Below are positions 1 through 9,533 of a DNA stretch of 64,000 bases, one piece after another. The first letter of the stretch is position 1. Every line of letters begins with the position of its first letter. The notes under the pieces were generated by a model that saw only the letters and a program-made list of their open reading frames with translations, did no database searches and was not told where the DNA came from. Source of the DNA: a virus; the IMG/VR virus record IMGVR_UViG_3300028883_000046, positions 1 through 64,000 of that record, one strand, 5' to 3'. The position numbers and the translations under genes were made by a program.

Positions 1-19
1 CTGATTTCTTTTTTCATTT

Positions 20-214
20 TTACTTCTCCTTTATAAGTTTTTCGGCAAAATCTTTTGCTTTCTTTAAACCATTAGGCTCGACAAAATAAGCTAACAATTG
101 ATAATCCTCGATATCGATAAGTTGATAGCAATCCCACAGTTTGATTATTTCGAAGTTTTCATAGACCCAAAATGGTCTTCCTTTGTGCGCTTGTCTTCTT
201 TTCCATTCTGCCAT
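20..214 (-). CDS. Hypothetical phage protein
   Basis: 64-aa ORF abutting the upstream ORF; GGAGAAGTA RBS-like sequence at its 3' end for a further gene. Confidence 0.55.
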   Translation of the reverse strand: MAEWKRRQAHKGRPFWVYENFEIIKLWDCYQLIDIEDYQLLAYFVEPNGLKKAKDFAEKLIKEK

Positions 215-427
215 TTACATTACCCTCGCTTTTTTGATTAACATAATTCCTTTTTTCAAATTTCTTTTTGCCTTGATAGCTTTTTTTCTCGCAATTTCTT
301 TTCTAATCAATCTCTCCCAAGTAGCTTTTCTTTTCGGATCGTCAATTGATTTTACCGCTTTTGATAGTTGCTTCAACTGCTTTATCGAGTTTTTGGCAAG
401 AGTCTCTTTTAGGCTACAAGATTTCAT
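215..427 (-). CDS. Basic hypothetical protein
   Basis: 70-aa Lys/Arg-rich ORF with AAGGGAG RBS upstream on -. Confidence 0.65.
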   Translation of the reverse strand: MKSCSLKETLAKNSIKQLKQLSKAVKSIDDPKRKATWERLIRKEIARKKAIKAKRNLKKGIMLIKKARVM

Positions 428-454
428 AATAAAACTCCCTTGTTTTGAGTTAAA

Positions 455-510
455 GATCTTTTATAAACCCTCTATCCAAAGTAGAAGAGATAAAGGGCTT
501 GTAAAAGATC
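455..510 (-). other. 22-bp stem-loop upstream of the leftward genes
   Basis: GATCTTTTATAAACCCTCTATC / GATAAAGGGCTTGTAAAAGATC; two of three mismatches become G-U pairs on the - strand. Confidence 0.55.
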
Positions 511-559
511 GAAAGCTTTACTTCCACAGATCTCTTTTTAGGAAAGTAAGTAACTTACT

Positions 560-1058
560 AACCGGGCAGTCAAGGCGATAAGTTTAAAGGAGCAGTCTAC
601 CACTCTTGCCATTATAGAAATTGCAAAAGAAAAGCTTTCGGATCAGTTTCCAATTTTTATTCACTTCATTGTTAAAGCAATGTTTCTTGTGCCGTTCTAC
701 AATTCATCTTGTCTTTACTTAGATCAAATCGGCTATGGCAAAGTCTTTGCCCATTCGGTTGTTATGCAATAGAGATTTTATTCAAGACAATCAACGGATG
801 AAGTGCGAGCTATCGGATATCAAATTAGCATAGTTGGCTCGCGCCAGGATGATTTGATATGCATGTTTGCTCTGGTGTTGAGAACGAAGAAACAACGCTT
901 GGAAGTAAAATTCAGTCGTAATCAGAAAACGACTTTAACGAAGCAGGACTCCCACTGGGTCGTGCTTTGTGCTGTAGAGATGTTTTTTAATGGGTTTACT
1001 CGCTGGGCTCGTTTCCCGTGGCCCTCTCTACATTCGCACTATGTCAAAGATCAAACTT
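560..1058. ncRNA. Candidate structured non-coding RNA or long structured leader
   Basis: No convincing ORF; many nested inverted repeats (GTGCTGTAGAGA/TCTCTACATTCGCAC, AGTCGT/ACGACT, ATATCAAAT/ATTTGATAT, GCGAGC/GCTCGC, GGCAAAG/CTTTGCC, AAGCA/TGCTT). Confidence 0.35.
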
Positions 1059-1283
1059 GAGATACAAATATCTCACATCTATATAAGGCAAACAAGAAAA
1101 TTCGTCCTAATTCCTGTTTTTTTTAGCTTATTTGGTAAACATTGAAATCATTACATATTTTTTATATAAAAATCTTTAAAAATAGCGAAAATAAGCTTGG
1201 ATAAGGGGATTTTGACATATTAGCCAGGGAACATTGTTATAGTACCCTGTATACAAAAGGTGACATTATGGACGATCCTTAGA

Positions 1284-1318
1284 CTAATACTTCTCTTCCT
1301 AATACTTCTCTTCCTAAT
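1284..1318. repeat. 15-bp tandem repeat CTAATACTTCTCTTC x2.3
   Basis: Direct reading of the sequence, upstream of the terminase genes. Confidence 0.85.
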
Positions 1319-1471
1319 GAACTATCCTGCCTTTAAAAGCAAAAAATCTGCCTTATGTGAAGAAAAGAACTTTAAACTAAGTCATAACCTATCCGCTGAA
1401 ATATACTTGACTATTAAAGATATTGTATTTTATAGAGCTAAACGAGTGAGAGAAGAAAGGATATTAGATCA

Positions 1472-2038
1472 ATGAAAATAAGAAGAAGAGATAGCGCTCG
1501 GTTTGTAAGAAGACGTAAGCAAAAGCTTAACATGAATGGCAATGATGGTTTGTTCTGTACGAGAAGACAAAGACGGATCATCTATGCGGCATTAGAATTG
1601 AGATTGCCAATCTATAGAGCTATCGATCTTGCAGGTGTCACAGCCAACCAATATCATTATTGGATGAAAAGAGGTGTGGACAAAAAGAACAGGCGCTATT
1701 ATTACTTTAGGAAAAGAGTATTAGAATATAAAACACAAAAAGAGATTGAAGCCCTAAGGACGATTGAGGAAGCACAAAGAGGTGGATATCTTGTGAGAGA
1801 AACCAAGATCCATCGGGGTGGCAAGTATGGTAGAGAAGTAACCAAGACAAGAAAAACACTTGCACCAAAATGGACAGCCGCCGCTTGGTGGCTTGAAAGA
1901 ACTTATCCGGAAGAGTATGCGTTACGACCTGATAAAGCCGATGCTAATTTTGATCCAGTAGAAAAAGCAAAACAGATCCGTGCCGCATTAGAGGATATAG
2001 ATAATACTGTTCCTGACGAAGAAGACGAGGATATCTAA
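1472..2038 (+). CDS. Terminase small subunit
   Basis: HTH-like N-terminus, AAAWWLER motif, directly upstream of and overlapping TerL. Confidence 0.8.
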   Translation: MKIRRRDSARFVRRRKQKLNMNGNDGLFCTRRQRRIIYAALELRLPIYRAIDLAGVTANQYHYWMKRGVDKKNRRYYYFRKRVLEYKTQKEIEALRTIEEAQRGGYLVRETKIHRGGKYGREVTKTRKTLAPKWTAAAWWLERTYPEEYALRPDKADANFDPVEKAKQIRAALEDIDNTVPDEEDEDI

Positions 2039-3429
2039 TGTTTTTATCGGATAGATGGTACAAGCTTAGACCTCATAAAAAGCAATCAAGAAGTATGAGG
2101 TCGAAGTATCGTTTTAATATTAACCACTCTGGAAGACGCTCTGGTAAAACAGAAATCTTTGGAAAGAGAAGAGTAATAAAAAAAGCCTTGATAGGGAACG
2201 ATTCATGCGACTGGAGAGGCTTTGTTTCCGCACCAACAAGAAATCAAGCGAAGAAAATATATTGGGCAGATCTGAAAGCATTATCACCTCCTTCAATGTT
2301 GGCAAGACGTCCTGACGAATCAAATCTAATCATATTCTATATTAACGGAAGTCAAATACACTGTCTTGGCATGGATCGACCAGAAAGAGTAGAAGGGCCA
2401 CCCTGGGATCATGGTGTACTTGACGAGTATGGAAACATGAAACCAAAGACTTGGCCCGAGCATGTTAGACCGGCATTATCAGATCGCAAAGGAAGCTGTG
2501 ATTTTGTTGGTGTACCAGAGGGAAGAAATCACTATTGGGAATTGGTTCAGACCGCAAAAGCAGACACAACCGAAAGTTGGAAAGTATGGCACTGGCCGAG
2601 TTGGGAGATAATCGATCCAGAAGAAGTAGAAGCCGCGAAAAGAGATCTTGACGAATTAGTGTTTAAACAAGAGTATGGGGGAGACTTTGTTTCCTATACA
2701 GGCGCGGCTTATTATGCTTTCAATGAGCATATTCATGTTGGCAAATATTCTCACCTTTACAATCCCACAAAACCGCTTGTCCTATGCTTTGACTTCAATG
2801 TGTCACCCGGAACTGCTTCGATTATCCAAGAGCTTGGACCAGATGTTTTTGACATTCCAGTAGGACAAACTGTAACGGTAGTAATGGACGAGGTTCACAT
2901 AAAAAGAAACTCTAACACTCCCATGGTTTGTAGAAAGATACTTGAAAACTGGAGCAAACATCCTGGGATAGTGATCTGCTATGGCGACTCAACCGGTGGC
3001 TCACAAGGTACCGCGAAAGTAAAAGGCAACGACTGGGACCTGATAAAGCAAAGCCTAATTCCATACTTTGGCGATAGACTTTACTTCAAAGTTCCCAAAC
3101 ACAATCCAAAAGAGCGGCAAAGAGTAAACGCGGTAAACTCACGCCTAAAGAGTTACAGCGGCTTGGTTAGGATGGTTATAGATGGCAAGAAGTGTCCAAA
3201 CATAGTAAAAGACTTTCAAGGCGTTAGAGTAATAGAGGGAAGCGCGGGAGAGATTGATAAGAAAAGAGATCCGATGTTATCGCATTTGACTGATGGCATT
3301 GGCTACTATATCCACAAAGAGTTTCCTGTGGGTGCTTTCTACAGTAGACAAGACGTTTTGGATATGATGGCCGCACATAACAAGGCAGAGATAGACAAAC
3401 AACTTCGCAAACAAAGAAAGGCCGCCTAA
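2038..3429 (+). CDS. terL: Terminase large subunit
   Basis: Walker A GRRSGKT, Walker B VLDEYG, FKQEY, RNase H-like FDFNV...HLTD nuclease domain. Confidence 0.95.
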   Translation: MFLSDRWYKLRPHKKQSRSMRSKYRFNINHSGRRSGKTEIFGKRRVIKKALIGNDSCDWRGFVSAPTRNQAKKIYWADLKALSPPSMLARRPDESNLIIFYINGSQIHCLGMDRPERVEGPPWDHGVLDEYGNMKPKTWPEHVRPALSDRKGSCDFVGVPEGRNHYWELVQTAKADTTESWKVWHWPSWEIIDPEEVEAAKRDLDELVFKQEYGGDFVSYTGAAYYAFNEHIHVGKYSHLYNPTKPLVLCFDFNVSPGTASIIQELGPDVFDIPVGQTVTVVMDEVHIKRNSNTPMVCRKILENWSKHPGIVICYGDSTGGSQGTAKVKGNDWDLIKQSLIPYFGDRLYFKVPKHNPKERQRVNAVNSRLKSYSGLVRMVIDGKKCPNIVKDFQGVRVIEGSAGEIDKKRDPMLSHLTDGIGYYIHKEFPVGAFYSRQDVLDMMAAHNKAEIDKQLRKQRKAA

Positions 3430-3734
3430 TGATCATCTACATTTCGAAGTATAAAGAAATCCGCTACACCTTGCCAAATGGTATGAGCCTATTTGAATAC
3501 AATAGGTCATTGCGAAGAAAACAAGATGCGAGTAAAGAAGCATTGTTAAGGGACATTGGTATGCCTCTATCCGAGTTAAAAGAAATGCGGGAAGAGTTGG
3601 ATTGTAAGTTTTACTATAAACCTTCTCGTTATCGAGAAGACAAACATATTCCAGACAGTATTAAGGACGCATTTGAAGAAATGATAAGCCCGCTATCCCC
3701 ACATTTTTTCAGAGACAAGCCAATATTATGGTGA
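3429..3734 (+). CDS. Hypothetical protein
   Basis: TAATG coupling to terL. Confidence 0.65.
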   Translation: MIIYISKYKEIRYTLPNGMSLFEYNRSLRRKQDASKEALLRDIGMPLSELKEMREELDCKFYYKPSRYREDKHIPDSIKDAFEEMISPLSPHFFRDKPILW

Positions 3735-3747
3735 AAGGAGAGAAGTA

Positions 3748-4044
3748 ATGGTCGAATCAGATAAAGAATGGCAGGCAAGAGACGATGCATGGACCTTGGC
3801 ACAAGCGAAGCAAATTGAGGCAGACAAGGAGAGATACGAAAGGGCCCAGGTTGCGGTTAAACAACTCGCTCAAGAAAAAATGGACGAGTATAAAGGGATA
3901 CTTCGCGCAATGAATAGGGGCAATATGCCAAAGTCTTTACCAGCTCAAGGCATCGATGATCTCAAGAGAGAAGCACGAATAGCTAACAGACAAGGCCGCC
4001 CACGCACCGGTACTGCGAGGTTTAACGTCTTCAAAAAGATATAA
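3748..4044 (+). CDS. Hypothetical protein
   Basis: Strong AAAGGAG RBS; 98 aa. Confidence 0.75.
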   Translation: MVESDKEWQARDDAWTLAQAKQIEADKERYERAQVAVKQLAQEKMDEYKGILRAMNRGNMPKSLPAQGIDDLKREARIANRQGRPRTGTARFNVFKKI

Positions 4045-4071
4045 CCACACACAAAGACAGGGAGAAGTAAA

Positions 4072-5652
4072 ATGGCAAAACAGGGCTATTATGAAAAAGA
4101 ATTGACGGTGGGTGACCTCGTATCGACTCATAAAGAATATGATAAGAACTATGACGAATGGCGCTTTCTGAATGCAGTATATGACGGCATTAGGGAAATT
4201 ATCAGAAAGAACTTGATTACAAAACATGAAAGAGAAACCAAGATGGGCTTTCAAAGAAGACTGAAAGAGCTTTTTGGTTTCGGCTACAGTAAATCGGTGG
4301 TTGATATCTTTCATCTATTTCTTTTCAAGAAGTCTCCCACCAGAACCCTTGGGGGGCTTGCAGATGATAGCTTTTGGAAACTCTTCTTTAGGGATGCCAA
4401 TCTCTACGGTCAAGACTATGACAGTACTATTATGGAGATCGCTCTATATGCGGCCGTCCAAGGGCATATGGGTATCCTTGTAGACAAGGCAAGTAAAACA
4501 TTCAAAACGAAGAAAGAGCAATTGGACGCGGGAGTTTATCCCTATATTGCGAAGTATCATCCCGCGGCAATCCTTGACTGGCAATGGCAGAGAGACGAGT
4601 ATAACCGGCCGTTTCTTGCCTATCTGAAACTGGAAGATGATAACGAGCAATTTCGATTGTGGTTTCCAGATAGATGGGAGATATGGGAGCTACCAAAAGA
4701 CGATAAAGGCGAAACCGATAGAGACGCAGTACAAGAGAAAGCAGTATTTGTCGATTCCGGGCCAAACCCGGTTGGTATAATTCCCTTTCTATGGTTCTAC
4801 AACCATAGGTCAAGAGTACTCGGCATTGGCTCTTCTGATATTCATGAAGTATCAAGGATTGATTTGTCTATCATACGCAACATGAGCCAAATCGATGAAA
4901 CGATTTACTTCGGCGCTTTTCCAATGATGCGGAAACCCATGAGAGATGCCAAACCTACTGAAATCAACGCTCCGCAACAGGACGACGAAGTAGGCATTGA
5001 CGTAGTACTTGAGTTTGACCCAGAAAATCCAGAGAGTAAACCAGATTGGTTGAATTCAGAAGTGGCAGAACCGGTTAGAGCTACCTTGGATTCAGTAGAA
5101 AAGAAAATTGCAGAAATCTATAGAGCGGCAAACATAGGAGGCCTTGCTTCTACTGAGCCTACCGCCACGCCTCAATCGGGAGTCGCAAAAATAGTAGACT
5201 TCCAATTGTTGAATTCAAAAATCGTATCGAAAGGAACCAACCTCGAACATGCAGAGAATAAGATTATCGAGTTTTGGTTGAGATGGGAAGGCTTGTGGGA
5301 GCAGTATAAGGATACCGTGTTAATGAGTCGGTCCAAGTCTTATGACATTGAAGACTTGTCTGCCGCGCTTGAGGATGCGCTAACCTCAAAGACTTTGGTT
5401 ATCTCTGCCAAGTTTGACGAACTTATCCAGAAGCAAACGGCAAGATCTGTATTGCCTACCGCTACTGAAAAAGAACTTGAGGAAATAGACAAGCAAATTG
5501 AAGAGAACGTAAACAATCCTAAAAAAGAAGTGAACACGGACGAAATCGACAACCCGCCCACAAAGGAAAGCAAAGAGATAATTAATAATGGAATGACCGG
5601 TATCGGCTCAGAAGAGGAAGACCAAATCGACATAAACAATCCTAATGAATAG
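4072..5652 (+). CDS. Portal protein
   Basis: 526 aa after the terminase; GIIPF and QSGVAK motifs typical of SPP1-like portals. Confidence 0.88.
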   Translation: MAKQGYYEKELTVGDLVSTHKEYDKNYDEWRFLNAVYDGIREIIRKNLITKHERETKMGFQRRLKELFGFGYSKSVVDIFHLFLFKKSPTRTLGGLADDSFWKLFFRDANLYGQDYDSTIMEIALYAAVQGHMGILVDKASKTFKTKKEQLDAGVYPYIAKYHPAAILDWQWQRDEYNRPFLAYLKLEDDNEQFRLWFPDRWEIWELPKDDKGETDRDAVQEKAVFVDSGPNPVGIIPFLWFYNHRSRVLGIGSSDIHEVSRIDLSIIRNMSQIDETIYFGAFPMMRKPMRDAKPTEINAPQQDDEVGIDVVLEFDPENPESKPDWLNSEVAEPVRATLDSVEKKIAEIYRAANIGGLASTEPTATPQSGVAKIVDFQLLNSKIVSKGTNLEHAENKIIEFWLRWEGLWEQYKDTVLMSRSKSYDIEDLSAALEDALTSKTLVISAKFDELIQKQTARSVLPTATEKELEEIDKQIEENVNNPKKEVNTDEIDNPPTKESKEIINNGMTGIGSEEEDQIDINNPNE

Positions 5653-5661
5653 GGAGCTAAT

Positions 5662-5880
5662 ATGAGAAGTAAAGAGCTTGTCTTAACCAAGGATATAGTG
5701 ATCCCTAAGGGTACCGTCTTCAAAACTTCACCAAACAAAACGACCTATTACTGCAACGATTTCTATGAAACGATAATAGGCCTTACCAATAACACTTTTG
5801 GAACTTTAAACTATTGCGTGGATAACAAAGAGGAACTCGCCGACTGGTTTAAAGAAAAAGAAGGGTTACAGGTAGAGTAG
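5662..5880 (+). CDS. Hypothetical protein
   Basis: GGGAG RBS, 72 aa. Confidence 0.7.
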   Translation: MRSKELVLTKDIVIPKGTVFKTSPNKTTYYCNDFYETIIGLTNNTFGTLNYCVDNKEELADWFKEKEGLQVE

Positions 5881-7545
5881 ATGGACGAAAAACATATCCG
5901 GAAAGCCGCCGAGAATACCGATCGAGTCCTTGCTTTGAAGCAAAAAAAGCATATAAGGATGGTAGAGAAGAGTATTATCAACCTACAAAATAAAATTCTT
6001 GATAATATTACTCGCCTTAAAGTAACCGATTCTGGTAGAGTTGAAGGGTTAAAAGTAAATATAAAACAGGCTCAATCCATACATAAAAAGATCGAGCAAC
6101 TATTTGGATCGGAATTCTCAAAAACAACCCGCGAAATAGTAAATGACTTTGATGGTATTTCCACACTTATCGAAGACACCTATACCTATTTAGGCGAATC
6201 AGCAAAGTTTACAAGTATTGACAAAACGGCTATGGAAGTACTTAAAGATGGGTACTATCAAGAGTTTGCCGATATAGGTCAAAGACAAAAGAATAAAGTT
6301 ATCCAAACAATGTATAACGAAGTCATAGGGGGTGGGAACTTTTCAGATCTTGTAGGATCAATACAACAAGCGTTATTAGGAAGTACTTCTTCTATATCCA
6401 CTGGTCGCCCTCTTATAGGCTATGCGCGCCTGTATGCGCGGGACATGGTTATGGATTTCCATAACGAAGTAAATCTAAGGAAGGCAGAAGAAATTGATAT
6501 AAAACACTTCCTATATGTTGGTAACATCATGGCCACCTCAAGACCGTTTTGCAAGTCAAGAGCCGGTAAATACTATACAAGGAAGCAAATAGACTCTTGG
6601 ACATATGCATGGGCTGGCAAGAAAGGTCCTGCATTCACAAACCGAGGTGGTTATAATTGTCGTCATCATTGGCAACCGATTAGACCCGAATGGTTAGACG
6701 GAAAGAAAAAAGTAAATGTTGGTGATTGGGATTATGAGCAGAGGCAAAAGGGAGAAGTAAAGATACCCAAAACCAAGCCTCCCAAGACTCCTAAGGCTGT
6801 ACCGCCAAAGAAGACAAAGCCAAAAACGCCCGAAGAAAAGATAAACGCCGTGGCAGAAAGTCTTGAAAACAATTATAACATCCAATTGCAAGAGTCTTCG
6901 GTAAGTAATCACAAACCGTTTAGAACCAAAAAAGATCTTGAGTTAAAACAGGCAAGAATAGAAGCAATAGCAAGTGAGATGAAACGCATGGAAAAGAAAT
7001 TTCCAGGATTATCAACCTTTATTAGGGATAACTCTCCTGAAATACTTCTCCATATCGATAATAATAAAGACGTTTCTTATCTCTACACAAAGAGGCTACC
7101 GCGAGGCACTGGCGGTTGTCAGTACAAAAGCAATATACTATTAGGCGGGAGAAGACCGATATCATCGTCAAGGATAAATATACGCCCGAACTATAAAGAT
7201 CCTTATCCAAATAATTATCGTCCATGGACGGCAGAAGAAAACTTTAACGCAATTTGGCGACATGAGTTTGGACACAGATTTTCAGGCGTTATCGAGACCG
7301 GGTCCGGAGAAGTACTACAGGCGCGAAATCTAAACAATATATTTGGTGGTCTTGTTGACTCGGATGAAGTAACGAAGTGCTACAAAAAAATGAAGTCTGG
7401 CAATCCAGATTATTTTGTTTCCAGGTACGCACAAACAAACCAACATGAATACTTTGCGGAACTGTTTTCTGCATATACATCGCCGCATTACAAAAAGGGA
7501 ATGTTCCATCCTGACATGGAAGCGTTATTTAAAAATCTTGAATAG
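5881..7545 (+). CDS. MuF-like minor head protein with C-terminal zincin metallopeptidase domain
   Basis: SRPFC...GGYNCRHHW MuF/minor-capsid motif, Pro/Lys linker, then HEFGH and SRYA..N.HEYFAE.F motifs. Confidence 0.8.
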   Translation: MDEKHIRKAAENTDRVLALKQKKHIRMVEKSIINLQNKILDNITRLKVTDSGRVEGLKVNIKQAQSIHKKIEQLFGSEFSKTTREIVNDFDGISTLIEDTYTYLGESAKFTSIDKTAMEVLKDGYYQEFADIGQRQKNKVIQTMYNEVIGGGNFSDLVGSIQQALLGSTSSISTGRPLIGYARLYARDMVMDFHNEVNLRKAEEIDIKHFLYVGNIMATSRPFCKSRAGKYYTRKQIDSWTYAWAGKKGPAFTNRGGYNCRHHWQPIRPEWLDGKKKVNVGDWDYEQRQKGEVKIPKTKPPKTPKAVPPKKTKPKTPEEKINAVAESLENNYNIQLQESSVSNHKPFRTKKDLELKQARIEAIASEMKRMEKKFPGLSTFIRDNSPEILLHIDNNKDVSYLYTKRLPRGTGGCQYKSNILLGGRRPISSSRINIRPNYKDPYPNNYRPWTAEENFNAIWRHEFGHRFSGVIETGSGEVLQARNLNNIFGGLVDSDEVTKCYKKMKSGNPDYFVSRYAQTNQHEYFAELFSAYTSPHYKKGMFHPDMEALFKNLE

Positions 7546-7557
7546 AAAGGAAGCAAA

Positions 7558-7764
7558 ATGTTTTCGGAACCTAATTGCTCAAAAAGAAGATGTATTCATT
7601 TCCAGGGAGTAAAGCAGTTTGGAAACGAGGGAGAGATTGACCAACTATTGGTATGCAAGGCTTTCCCGAAAGGTATTCCCGAGGATATATCCTATGGTGA
7701 TAACAAACACACAAAGCCAATCAAAAATCAGAAAAACAAAATTGTCTATGAAAAAGCAAAGTAA
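7558..7764 (+). CDS. Small Cys/His protein, possible partner or immunity protein of the MuF C-terminal domain
   Basis: CxxxxCxH...CKAFPKGIP..I..G.N.H motif; directly downstream of MuF. Confidence 0.7.
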   Translation: MFSEPNCSKRRCIHFQGVKQFGNEGEIDQLLVCKAFPKGIPEDISYGDNKHTKPIKNQKNKIVYEKAK

Positions 7765-7777
7765 AGGAGAATAGCTT

Positions 7778-7936
7778 ATGGCAAAAAAACCAGAATTAAA
7801 AAGGTTCAGGCTTGTTGGTATAAAGTCGATTTCTGTTCAAAAGAGAAGCGGCTATCATGGAGGTTCGGCAAAGCTTGCAAGAGAAAGATTTTTGGCTACC
7901 TCTACAACCACAACAACCACAACCACGACGGTTTAA
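7778..7936 (+). CDS. 52-aa mini-protein with C-terminal poly-Thr tail (not in ORF track)
   Basis: AAAGGAG RBS; MAKKPELKRFRLVGIKSISVQKRSGYHGGSAKLARERFLATSTTTTTTTTTV. Confidence 0.8.
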   Translation: MAKKPELKRFRLVGIKSISVQKRSGYHGGSAKLARERFLATSTTTTTTTTTV

Positions 7937-7946
7937 GGAAAGATAA

Positions 7947-8447
7947 ATGTATTACAAACCAAAGTATTTCATACCAGAAGAGATCTTTCCGGAAAGTGTT
8001 GTACGGCTTCATACATTCCTTTCCAAAGGGAAAGTTATCGTATCAGAAAAAATATGGCGCCTTGTTGATAGCAGAGTCTTGATAACGCTCGATAGATTAA
8101 GAGACAGATTTGGCACAATTGTTGTGAATGACTACAGATGGGGCGGCAAGAATCAATATCGCGGATATAGACCGGCTCTTGATTTAATTGACAAATACTA
8201 CTTAGAAGAGACAGGGATATATCGACCCAAATGGAGCTCCTTTACTTCGCAACATTGCTTTGGAAGGGCTATCGATTGCAAGTTTAAATACAAAACTTCA
8301 CAAGAAGTTAGAGACGATATCAAAAAGAACTTTAGTGAATTGACTTATCAAGATATTACTGCTATTGAAGAAAGTGTTGATTGGTTTCACTTCGATGTTA
8401 GAAGTTGGGACCGCAAAACGAACGGAATATTGTTTTTCAGACCGTGA
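7947..8447 (+). CDS. Peptidase M15 family endolysin candidate
   Basis: YR...SQHCFGRAIDC...WFHFD zinc-binding motifs of M15 peptidases. Confidence 0.82.
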   Translation: MYYKPKYFIPEEIFPESVVRLHTFLSKGKVIVSEKIWRLVDSRVLITLDRLRDRFGTIVVNDYRWGGKNQYRGYRPALDLIDKYYLEETGIYRPKWSSFTSQHCFGRAIDCKFKYKTSQEVRDDIKKNFSELTYQDITAIEESVDWFHFDVRSWDRKTNGILFFRP

Positions 8448-8521
8448 CAACCTAAAAAAGAAAGGAGAATATTATGCATTAGTTGGTAGAGGCAAAGAAC
8501 TTTTAACTGGCTTGAAAGAAA

Positions 8522-8582
8522 TTCTGGATAGAAAAGTATTTGAGCCTAAACGAGCCCGGATGGGCCAAGGAGCTGGATAGCT
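8522..8582 (+). promoter_or_regulatory. Three GGAU-loop hairpins in the scaffold gene leader
   Basis: TTCT-GGAT-AGAA, GCCC-GGAT-GGGC, AGCT-GGAT-AGCT; the last overlaps the AAGGAG RBS and abuts the ATG. Confidence 0.5.
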
Positions 8583-9461
8583 ATGACTTGGAAAATTAAA
8601 ATAGACTCAGAAACAAAAGCACCGGTGATCGATGAACAGGGAAAGATTACCTATATCGATCCTGACGGGAAAGAACTGCCGCTCGATCCTCCCGCGATGT
8701 ACCAAAAAATCTCTCAACTGGGGAAAGAGAATCAAAACCATCGAAAGAAGTACGAAGATGTTTTGAACACTCTCAAACCTTTTGAGGGAGTGGAAGATAT
8801 CGCTACCTGGAAAGAAGAGGCAGACAAAGCGTTAGAAACCGTCAAAAACTTTAACGATAAAGATTGGATGAAAGCCGAAAAGGTCGAGGCCCTGAAAAAA
8901 GAAATGGCCCAAGCCTACGAAGAGAAGTTGAAGAAGAAAGATCTATCCTATGCAGAGAAGGAAAAGCTTTACGCGACCGAAAAGGATAAGCTTTCGAACC
9001 AAATCCGAAGACTTCTCGTATCCAACAAGTTCGCCGTATCAAAGTACTTTAGTGGTGGCGGCGATAGCTCAGTGACCATCTTACCCTCGCAAATTGCCGA
9101 AGACCATTTTGGAAAGTATTTCAAAGTGGAAGAAGGTAGCGACGGGATGCCGGTCATTAGGGCTTTTTATTCGAACGGCGATCCGATCATTTCGAAAATC
9201 AACCCTGGCGACAATGCGGATTTTGAAGAAGCAATCGGTCTCATTATCGACCAATATCCGGGGAAAGAAACCATCCTGCGAAGTACTTCTGGAGGCTCAG
9301 GAGGCGGCGGAGGTGGTGGTGCTGATGATCACAAAGAGTCTGGCGACATTGCTTCACTTCGAAAGCAGTACTCCCAGGCCCAACAGGAAGGGAACGCTCG
9401 ATTGGCTATCACTCTAAAAAATCGGATCTTCGAATTAGAGAAGGCAAAAAGAGTAGCATAA
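8583..9461 (+). CDS. Capsid scaffolding protein
   Basis: Coiled-coil, PG..ADFEEAI..II..YP.K..IL motif, Gly-rich linker; immediately upstream of the capsid gene. Confidence 0.8.
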   Translation: MTWKIKIDSETKAPVIDEQGKITYIDPDGKELPLDPPAMYQKISQLGKENQNHRKKYEDVLNTLKPFEGVEDIATWKEEADKALETVKNFNDKDWMKAEKVEALKKEMAQAYEEKLKKKDLSYAEKEKLYATEKDKLSNQIRRLLVSNKFAVSKYFSGGGDSSVTILPSQIAEDHFGKYFKVEEGSDGMPVIRAFYSNGDPIISKINPGDNADFEEAIGLIIDQYPGKETILRSTSGGSGGGGGGGADDHKESGDIASLRKQYSQAQQEGNARLAITLKNRIFELEKAKRVA

Positions 9462-9533
9462 AATACCTCAATAGTTCGGGCCATGGTAGTTCTGCCTTAG
9501 CTCAAATCAAAAAAACCAAAGGAGAAAACTACC

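Noticed and set aside
1211-1243. Sigma70 promoter TTGACA...TATAGT for the late arm
   Set aside because: Spacer is about 20 nt, too long to support the call.
803-1475. ORFs 803-1060 and 1260-1475
   Set aside because: GTG starts without convincing RBS; the first overlaps the structured region, and the second owes its hydrophobic stretch to a 15-bp tandem repeat.
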